From positions 114,390,001 to 114,454,000 of the forward strand of contig OX597820.1 in assembly GCA_951406725.2 (NCBI GenBank): DNA of 64,000 nt. The letters run 5' to 3'. Below the pieces are notes generated by a model. The model was given only the letters and a program-made list of their open reading frames with translations. It had not been told where the DNA came from and ran no database searches. A program made the position numbers and the translations under genes. Positions 52,258 to 64,000 of the stretch are shown here, in pieces (position 1 is the first letter of the stretch; each line of letters starts with the position of its first letter). The DNA comes from Octopus vulgaris. Lineage: Eukaryota.

Positions 52258-52800
52258 TCATCATCATCATCATTATTGTTTAACATCCTTTTCCATGCTA
52301 GCATGGGTTGGACAGTTCGACCAGGGTCTGGGAAGCTAGGGGGCTGCACCAAGCTCCAGTCTGATCTGGCAGTGTTTCTACAGCTGGATGCCCTTCCTAA
52401 CGCCAACCACCCCGTGAGTGTAGTGGGTGCTTTTTACGTGCGGGGGGCTGGCAATGGCCATGATCGGTTGGTGCTTTTTACATGCCACTGGCACGGAAGC
52501 CAGTTATGGTGGTGCTGGCATTGGCCCCGTACGAATGGTGCTTTTCACGTTCCACCGGCACAGGTCCAGGGGAGGCTGGCAACGGCCACGGTTGGTGGGC
52601 AACAGCCATGAACAGTTGGTGCTTTTTACGTGCCAACGGCATGGAAACCAGTCAAGGCAGCGCTGCCATCAGCCACGTACGGATGGTGCTTTTTAGGTGC
52701 CAGGGAAGGCTGGCAACAGCTACGAACGATTGGTGCCTTTTACATGCCACCGGCACAGAAGCCAGTTAAGGTGGCGCTCGCATAAGCCACGTACAGATGA
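52258..52800 (-). mobile_element. RTE-type 3' UTR with internal tandem array
   Basis: Tail motif 52258-52425 followed by six GGTGCTTTTTACGTGCC-like cores. Confidence 0.8.
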
Positions 52801-53385
52801 TATATATGTATATACATACACATATATATATATATATAAATTTATATACATACACATATATATATATATATATAAAACCCCTATCTCAATCTATATATAT
52901 ACATATACACATATGAATATATATATATATATATATACATATATATACATGCATACATATATACTTACATACATATACATATACATACATACATATATAC
53001 TTACATACATATATACATATACATATATACATAAATATACATACATATATACATAAATATACATACATATATACATAAATATACATACATATATACATAT
53101 ATATATATACATACAAACATATACATATATATACATATATATACACACATATACATGCATATACATATATATACACACATACATGCATATACATATATAT
53201 ACACACATACATGCATATACATATATATACACACATACATGCATATACATATATATACACACATACATGCATATATATATATATATATATACATATAAAT
53301 ACATATACATACATATATATACATATAAATACATATACATACATATAAATACATATACATACATATATGTACATATATATACATG
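52800..53385. repeat. Compound TA/TACA array
   Basis: Direct inspection. Confidence 0.95.
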
Positions 53386-54705
53386 TTAGTTAATTTTTTG
53401 GCTCAAAAAGCAAAAAGCAAGGCCATGTAGGGGGACATGGAGTTATGTACAGGGTGGTGTTCATGTAAAGAGTTCAGGCCACTTGTGGTCAAGGGAGACT
53501 TTGAACCGAGCGGTCGTCGGCATGTTCACCATCTCGTCCGGCAGCTTATTCCACGGATCCGCAACCTGGATGGAGAAAGCCCCTCTCCTTCGATTGAGAT
53601 GAAATCGTTGCAGATAGAGCTTTTTGGAATGACCCCGCAGCCGACGCTCTGGAGCAGGAATGAAGAACAGCTCTTTCGAGAGGTTACACTTTCTGCTTAT
53701 GATATTGTGAGCAAGAATGAGATCACCATGCCGTCGTAGTTTTTCTAGAGATGCTCCACCTCCAAAAGACAAATTCTTGAGACCAAGAACCATGCGCGTA
53801 GCCAGCTTCTGGACTCTTTCGAGATGCTGTATGTCTTTGAGGAGATAAGGAGAAGAGGCTTGAATCCCGTACTCCAATATGGGTCTCACCAGCGTGACAT
53901 AGAGCAGTAGGAATATGGCTGCTGTGAGCATTCCGAATGACCATCGAATCAAGAACAGAACTCCGCGTGCTTTGTTGACAGCATGGACGCACTGGGCCGA
54001 AGGCGAAAAGGAGGAATCCACCAAGATACCCAGGTCCTTTACCTGATCGGTCCTCTCCAGCAGCAGACGACCCAGCTCGAAATCAAGTTGAGTTGCAGGA
54101 GGAGAGCCAACAGGCAGATGACAGCACTTTGACACGTTCAGACATAGGTCCTATTCGTTAGACCATCTCCAAATTTGGTGGAGGCATTGATGAAGATCCT
54201 CTATATCACCACGAGCAGCGACCAGTTTGACATCGTCGGCAAATAGAAGGGTGTTCATTTATGAAGACTAAGAACAATAAGGGCCCAAGCACTGAACCTT
54301 GAGGCACGCCACTGCTCGCACTGGAGACGTCTGACCGCAAACCATTAACTTGGACTTGGAAGGAGCGATCTGAGAGGAGGGCACCAACCCATCGTACAAT
54401 ATCCAGATGAAAACTATATGCTTGAAGCTTGACAAGTAATAGGCGGTGGTTTACCGAGTCAAAAGCTTTGGCAAAGTCCAATAAAACGATGTCAACAGCA
54501 TCACTAACATCGAGGATGCGCGTCACCAATTCTTCCATTACCAGTAAGTTGGTCAAGCATGATCTCTTCGGCACGAAGCCGTGTTGGGAATCAGAGATAG
54601 AGGCTGTGTTTTGGAGGTGGAGCATCATACTTTTCTTAAGGATGGTTTCAAACATCTTGCTGATTATTGATGTAAGGGAAACCGGTCGGTAGTTAAGCGG
54701 GTCTT
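53385..54705 (-). mobile_element. CR1-type LINE 3' portion (RT and 3' end)
   Basis: [69 protein letters not shown]; 3' hairpin ccatgt...acatgg and (aact)n tail; stop and small deletions. Confidence 0.92.
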
Positions 54706-54720
54706 TACATATACATATAT

Positions 54721-54759
<39 letters not shown>

Positions 54760-55167
54760 CAAATATATTCAAATATACATATACATACATGCATATACAT
54801 ACATACACATATATATATATATATATTACATACATATATATCCATATATATATACATACATATATATATACACACATATATATACATATATACACAGATA
54901 TATATATATACACACACACACATATATATATATACACATACATATATATACACACACACACATATATATACACACACACACATATATATATACACACACA
55001 CACATATATATATACACACACATATATATATACACACACATATATATATACACACACATATATATATATATACACACACATATATATATACACACACACA
55101 CATATATATATATACACACACACACATATATATATATATACACACACACACATATATATATATATAT

Positions 55168-55218
<51 letters not shown>

Positions 55219-55493
55219 TATATATACACACACACACATATATATATATATATGCACACATATATATATATACACACACACACATATATATATACACACA
55301 CACACATATATATATATACACACACACACATATATATATATATACACACACATATATATATATACACACACACACATATATATATATACACACACACACA
55401 TATATATATACACACACACATATATATATATACACACACATATATATATATACACACACACACACATATATATATATACACACATATATATAT

Positions 55494-55524
<31 letters not shown>

Positions 55525-55798
55525 CACACACATATATATATATATACACACACACATATATATATATACACACACACATATATATATATACACACACACA
55601 CACATATATATATACACACACACACATATATATATATACACACACATATATATATATATACACACACACACATATATATATATACATATATATATACACA
55701 CACACATATATACGCACACACACACACACATTTATATATACATACACATATATATGTGTGTGTATATATATATATATATATATAGATAGATATATATA
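54706..55798. repeat. (TA)n(CA)m compound array
   Basis: Direct inspection. Confidence 0.95.
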
Positions 55799-55799
55799 G

Positions 55800-56525
55800 T
55801 TCGCCAGAACTACATGGGCCTTAAAGAGAAGAACTTCACTGAGGAAAGGCAAGAAATGTCTCCAAGGAAAACATTCAGAAAAGAAGTCTGCTCCTCAGAT
55901 GTTCTGTGCAATGCAGCAGCTGAGCAACAGGCTTTTTTGTGCATGGAGCAAAGGATTGTACAGCAGCTAACCTGGCTGCACCAAGTGGAAACAAGGAACC
56001 TTACCCACCACAATGCAAGACCACCACAATCAACAGACACGGGATGGCCTCCCCTAACGCTTGCACAGTCGTCACCCCAATACTTTTACTAAATATTGGG
56101 GGCCTGTTGCTTCAAAATAAAAACAAAATTTCTTTCCTGAGAGATCTTATTGCATGCAATCAAGCCCTATGCATAGCACTCATGGAAACTCAGCACAGCC
56201 GTGATATAGAGGATGCAGAAGTACATGTACTAATCTATGCCTTACTGCGAACAGTCAGAAGGGAAAGGAGCCATGGTGGAGTTGCTGTATACATCCATGA
56301 TGACCTCACACCCCAGGTCTTACTGTCATGTCCAAATACAGTATGTGACTCACTAGTTGTATACATAAGATAACAATATAGTCATATGCAATACATATTA
56401 CCCACCGGATGCTCCAAACCACATAGGCAAGTTTGAAGATTGCCTCACAAGAATTAAAGAAATCCTCATGAATCTGGAACACCACATGACCATATTTCTT
56501 ATGGGTGATTTCAACTTCCCCAATT
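55800..56525 (+). mobile_element. CR1-type LINE fragment (ORF1 end and APE start), same family as 46200-50240
   Basis: AAAEQQAFLCMEQRIVQQLTWLHQ versus AAAEQESFLCMAQKIVQQLTWLHQ; RSHGGVAVYIH; GDFNFP. Confidence 0.88.
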
Positions 56526-56721
56526 TCACGTAAACCCTAACTTTCTACCTATAAAAAAAATTAGTTACAACCTCCTTACTTCCGTGGTAACTAATTTTTT
56601 TTTTTGCTACCCTAGTAACTAAAAATTGTATTTTTTCCGGGTTAATTATTAAGGGAAAAATACACACATCTATTTATATATATATATATATATGCATGCA
56701 TATTCACATGTATATATACAT

Positions 56722-57062
56722 ATCATCGTTTAACGCCCACTTTCCATGCTAGCATGGGTTGGACGGTTTGACTGTGGGCTGGCGACCCTGATGGCTGCAT
56801 CAGGCTCCAATCTTGATCAGGCAGAGTTTCTACAGCTGGATGCCCTTCCTAATGCCAACCACTCTGAGAGTGTAGTGGGTGCTTCTACATGCCACCGGCA
56901 TGGGGGCCAGTCAGGAGGTACTAGCAACGACCTCACTACAATTTTTTTTTTTACACATACCAGTGGCGCAGGGTCCAGTAAGGTGATGCTGGTAATGATC
57001 CCGCTCGAATGGTGCCTGCTACGTGCCACCAGCACGGAAGCCAATTAGCCACTCTGGCAATG
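56722..57062 (-). mobile_element. RTE-type 3' UTR
   Basis: catcgtttaacgcccactttccatgctagcatgggttgg...gcccttcctaatgccaacc. Confidence 0.8.
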
Positions 57063-58349
57063 ATCACATATATATATATACATATATACACACATATACA
57101 CACATATATATATATACATATATACACACATATACACACATATATATATATACATATATACACACATATACACACATATATATATATACATATATACACA
57201 CACATATATATACACATATATACACACACATATATATACACATATATACACACACATATATATACATATATACACACACATATATATACATATATACACA
57301 CATATATATATACATATACACACACATATATATATACATATACACACACATATATATATACATATACACACATATATATACATATACACACATATATATA
57401 CATATACACACATATATATATACATATACACACATATATATATACATATATATACATATATATATACATATACATACATATATATATACATATACATACA
57501 TATATATATACATATACATATATATATACATATACATACATATATATATACATATACATATACATATATATATATACATACATATATATATACATACATA
57601 TGCATACATATATATATACATACATATATATATATACATACATATGCATACATATATATATACATACATATGCATACATATACATACATATACATATACA
57701 TACATATACATATATATACATATACATACATATACATACATATACATACATATACATACATATACATATATATATACATATACATACATACATATATATA
57801 CATATATACATACATATACATATACATACATATATATACATATATACATACATATACACATACATACATATATATACATATATACATACATATACACATA
57901 CATATACATATATATATACATATATATATACATACATATATATATACATATACATACATATACATATATATACACATACATATATATATACATATACATA
58001 CATATACATATATATACACATACATATACATATATATACACATACATATACATATATATACACATATACATATATATACATATATATATATACATACATA
58101 TATATATATACATACATATATATATACATATATACATATACATACATATATATATACACATATACATACATATATATATACACATATACATACATATATA
58201 TATACACATATACATACATATATATATACACATATACATACATATATATATACACATATACATACATATATATATACATATATATATACATATATATATA
58301 CATATATATATACATATATATATACATATATATATACATATATATATAC

Positions 58350-58382
<33 letters not shown>

Positions 58383-58433
58383 CATATATATATACATATA
58401 TATATATACATATACATACATATATATACATAC

Positions 58434-58468
<35 letters not shown>

Positions 58469-59003
58469 CATATATATATATACATATACATACATATATA
58501 TACATACATATACATACATATATATACATACATATACATATATATATATACATATACATACATATATATACATACATATACATATATATATATACATATA
58601 CATACATATATATACATATACATACATATATATATACATATACATACATATATATACATATACATACATATATATATACATATACATACATATATATATA
58701 CATATACATACATATATATATACATACATATATATACATATACATACATATATATACATATACATACATATATATACATATACATACATATATATACATA
58801 TACATACATATATATATACATATATACATACATATATACATACATATATACATGTACATATATACATACATATATATACATATATACATACATATACATA
58901 TATATACATACATATACATACATATACATATATATACATACATATACATACATATACATATATATACATACATATACATACATATACATACATATATACA
59001 TAC

Positions 59004-59050
<47 letters not shown>

Positions 59051-59238
59051 CATACATATATACATACATATATATACATATACATACATATATACATACA
59101 TATATACATATATACATACATATATACATATATACATACATATACATACATATACATACATATACATATATACATACATATACATATATATATATATACA
59201 TATATATATATACATATATACATACATATACATATATA
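57063..59238. repeat. 2.2-kb alternating purine-pyrimidine (TACA/TATA) array
   Basis: Direct inspection. Confidence 0.97.
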
Positions 59239-59648
59239 GGCGCAGGAGTGGCTGTTTGGTAAGTAGCTTGCTAACCAACCACATAGTTCCGGGTTCAGTC
59301 CCACTGCGTGGCATCTTGGGCAAGTGTCTTCTGCTATAGCCCCGGGCCGACCAATGTATTGTGAGTGGATTTGGTAGACGGAAACTGAAAGAAGCCTGTC
59401 ATATATATGTATATATATATAAGTGTGTGTGAATATGTTTGTGTGTCTGTGTTTGTTACCCTAGCATTGCTTGAAAACCGATGCTGGTGTGTTTACGTCC
59501 CCGTCACTTAGCGGTTCGGCAAAAGAGACCGATAGAATAAGTACTGGGCTTACAAAAAATAAGTCCCGGGGTCGATTTGCTCGACTAAAGGCGGTGCTCC
59601 AGCATGGCCGCAGTCAAATGACTGAAACAAGTAAAAAGAGTAAAGAGA
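59239..59648 (+). mobile_element. tRNA-derived SINE (family B), young
   Basis: Near identical to 43612-44030. Confidence 0.9.
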
Positions 59649-60031
59649 ATATATATATACATATATATAGGTTATAAAATGAGATAGGGGTTGAAAATTC
59701 AATCCACCATGGGATAACATATATCCAATATACTGCTAGATAGGTACCCAACAAGACTAATACATAGATGTTAAAAATTGCCAAACAATCAGTTCATCTA
59801 TTGTATTATATGGGTAAAGGTCATAATATGACCGTAAATTAATACTACAAAATTAGAAAATGGAGAAACATACTTAAATCAATAAAACATCAACTATCAG
59901 ATGATACCCAATCAATACTTTATATACACCATTACATATCAGTAAAGGAATTATACAAAATATACAGTAAATGTAAATAGACAAGGAAATATAAGTATAA
60001 AATTTCAAATATAATATGTAATTAAATCATA

Positions 60032-60141
60032 TCTGACAGCTGTTTCGGCAGCAAGGGCAGTCATACCTCATTTAACCTATAAGCCATAAAGGCAGGTATA
60101 AATGAGGCATTAACAAGGAAGCCCAACGGCCTCTTCAGAGA
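60032..60141 (-). ncRNA. Type I hammerhead ribozyme (Penelope pLTR type) with extended stem II
   Basis: UCU-CUGAAGA-GGC...GCC-GAAAC-AGCU-GUC-AGA: full catalytic core, 3-bp stem I, palindromic stem III ACAGCUGU, GUC cleavage triplet. Confidence 0.8.
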
Positions 60142-60339
60142 ATTAAATTTGTTATAATTGTGAAAAAGTTATTTTTCCATATACATATAAATATAAAAAT
60201 ATAAAAATATAAAATATAAAAACTTATGCATAAACTTCATAATGCTACACTTATATAATATAATACTCATAGGTACAATAATGCAAGGTAAACAAAACAA
60301 AATAAAACAAAATATATATCAGTGTATATATTAATATTA

Positions 60340-63300
60340 ATATACATATATATACATATATATACATACATATACATACATATATATACATATACATATA
60401 TATACATATACATATACATATATATACATACATATATATACATATACATATATATATACATACACATACATATATATACATATACATATATATATACATA
60501 CATATACATATATATATACATACATATACATATATATATACATACATATATACATACATATACATATATATATACATACATATATACATACATATACATA
60601 TATATATACATACATATACATATATATATACATACATATACATATATACATACATATACATATATACATACATATACATATATACATACATATACATATA
60701 TACATAAATATACATATATAGGCACATATATATATATATATACATACATATACATATATACATACACATACATATACATATATACATACATATACACATA
60801 CATATATATATACATACATATACATACATATACGTATATATACATATACGTATATATACATATATATACATATACATATATATACATATACATATATATA
60901 CATACATATACATATATATACATACATATACATACATACATATATGTATATACATACATATACATATATGTATATACATACATATACATATATGTATATA
61001 CATATATATATATATATATATATACATACATAAGCATATATATATATACATACATAAAATATATGTATATACATACATATACATATATGTATATACATAC
61101 ATATACATATATGTATATACATACATATACATATATGTATATACATACATATATGTACGTACGTACATATACTTATATGTACATACGTACATATACTTAT
61201 ATGTATGTACATACATATACATATATGTATGTACGTACATATACATATATGTATATACGTACATATACATATATGTATATACGTACATATACATATATGT
61301 ATATACGTACATATACATATATGTATATACGTACATATACATATATGTGTATACGTACATATACATATATGTATATACGTACATATACATATATGTATAT
61401 ACGTACATATACATACATGTATATACGTACATATACATATACGTATATACGTACATATATATACATATACATATATATACATATACATACATATATATAC
61501 ATATACATACATATATATACATATACATACATATATATACGTATACAGATATATACATATACATATATACATATATATACATATACATACATATACATAT
61601 ACATATATATATACATATACATACATATACATATACATATATATACATATACATACATATATATACATATATATAAATATACATATACATATATATACAT
61701 ATACATACATATACATACATATTAATATACATACATATACATACATATATATACATATACATACATATATATACATATACATATACATATATACATACAT
61801 ATACATATATACATACATATACATATATACATACATATACATATATACATACATATACATATATACATACATATACATATATAGGTACATATATATATAT
61901 ATATACATACATATACATATATACATACATATACATATATACATACGTATATATATACATACATATACATACATATACGTATATATACATATACGTATAT
62001 ATACATATATATACATATACATATATATACATATACATACATACATATACATACATACATATACATACATACATATACATATATATACATACATATACAT
62101 ACATACATATACATATATGTATATACATACATATACATACATACATATACATATATGTATATACATACATATACATATATGTATATACATATATATATAT
62201 ATATACATACATAAACATATATATACATACATAAACATATATATACATACATAAACATATATGTATATACATACATATACATATCTGTATATACATAAAC
62301 ATATATGTATATACATACATATACATATCTGTATATACATAAACATATATGTATATACATACATATACATATCTGTATATACATATACATATATGTATAT
62401 ACATACATATACATATATGTATATACATACATATATGTACGTACGTACATATACTTATATGTACATACGTACATATACTTATATGTATATACATACATAT
62501 ACATATATGTATGTACGTACATATACATATATGTATATACGTACATATACATATATGTATGTATGTACATATAAATATATGCATGTACGTACATATACAT
62601 ATATGTATATACGTACATATACATATATGTATATACGTACATATACATATATGTATATACGTACATATACATATATGTATATACGTACATATACATATAT
62701 GTATATACGTACATATATATATATGTATATACGTACATATACATATATGTATATACGTACATATACATATATGTATATACGTACATATACATATATGTAT
62801 ATACATACATATACATATATGTATATACGTACATATACATATATGTATATACGTACATATACATATATGTATATACATACATATACATATATGTATATAC
62901 ATATACATATATGAATATACATACATATACATATATGTATATACATATACATATATGTATATACATACATATACATATATGTATGTACATACATATACAT
63001 ATATGTATGTACATACATATACATATATGTATATACGTACATATACATATATGTATATACATACATATACATACATATACATATATGTATATACATACAT
63101 ATACATATATGTATATACATACATATACATATATATATACATAGATATACATATATATATATATACATACATATACATATATATATACATAGATATACAT
63201 ATATATATATACATAGCTATACATATATATATATACATAGCTATACATATATATATATACATACATATACATACATATATACACATACATATACATATAT

Positions 63301-63390
63301 ATACATACATATATATACATATATATATATACATAGCTATACATATATATATATACATACATATACATACATATATATACATACATATAC

Positions 63391-63423
<33 letters not shown>

Positions 63424-63475
63424 CATATATATACATACATATACATACATATACATACATATACATACATATACA

Positions 63476-63506
<31 letters not shown>

Positions 63507-64000
63507 ATATACATACATACATATATATATACATACATATATATATACATACATACATATATTCTAATTTTGTATACATATATATATATACATATATACA
63601 TACATATACATATATATATACATATATACATACATATACATATATATACATATACATATATATATACATATACATATATACATACATATATACATACATA
63701 TATAGATACATATATATATATACATATACATATATACATACACATATATACATACATATACATACATATACACATACATATATACATACATATATATATA
63801 TACATACATATACATACATATACATATACATATATATACATATATATACATATACATACATATATATACATATACATACATATACATATACATACATATA
63901 TATACATATACAGATATATACATATACATACATATATATACATATACAGATATATACATATACAGATATATACATATACATATATACATATATATACATA
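60340..64000. repeat. 3.7-kb (TACA/TATA) array with 24-bp subunit acgtacatatacatatatgtatat; runs off the window
   Basis: Direct inspection. Confidence 0.97.

Noticed and set aside
52425-52800. CRISPR-like repeat/spacer appearance
   Set aside because: Linkers recur in an alternating pattern, cores are degenerate, the array sits in a LINE UTR, and there are no cas genes in this eukaryotic context
56951-63999. Very long ORFs (up to 1230 aa) of Y/I/M/C/V/H/T
   Set aside because: Alternating purine-pyrimidine repeats cannot form stop codons, so all frames are open; the same applies at 16, 44, 50-53 and 54-55 kb

Overview
Eukaryotic, AT-rich, extremely repeat-dense DNA; the SINE, RTE-tail and (TACA)n repertoire points to a cephalopod (octopus-like) genome (inference). 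One host gene is clearly present on the minus strand: AP-1 adaptor complex small subunit sigma (AP1S1/AP1S2-like), with coding exons 32564-32386, 29201-29093 and 25741-25604 and a probable terminal exon 8687-8643 (156 aa). Its first exon was not found. The rest is intronic or intergenic: tRNA-derived SINEs, RTE and CR1-type LINE fragments, Penelope-like elements, Tc1/mariner elements, Helitrons, piggyBac-type MITEs and kilobase-scale alternating purine-pyrimidine arrays, which generate nearly all long ORFs in the track. Most notable observations: (i) a 631-bp fold-back Penelope derivative with a 12-bp TSD, a tRNA-type Pol III promoter in one arm and a hammerhead-like core (11400-12030); (ii) an apparently intact type I hammerhead ribozyme with a very long stem II (60141-60032, minus); (iii) candidate microexons, a duplicated exon-like pair and alternative terminal exons around the 17-kb last intron of AP1S. 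Repeat boundaries are read by eye and approximate unless a TSD or TIR is quoted.
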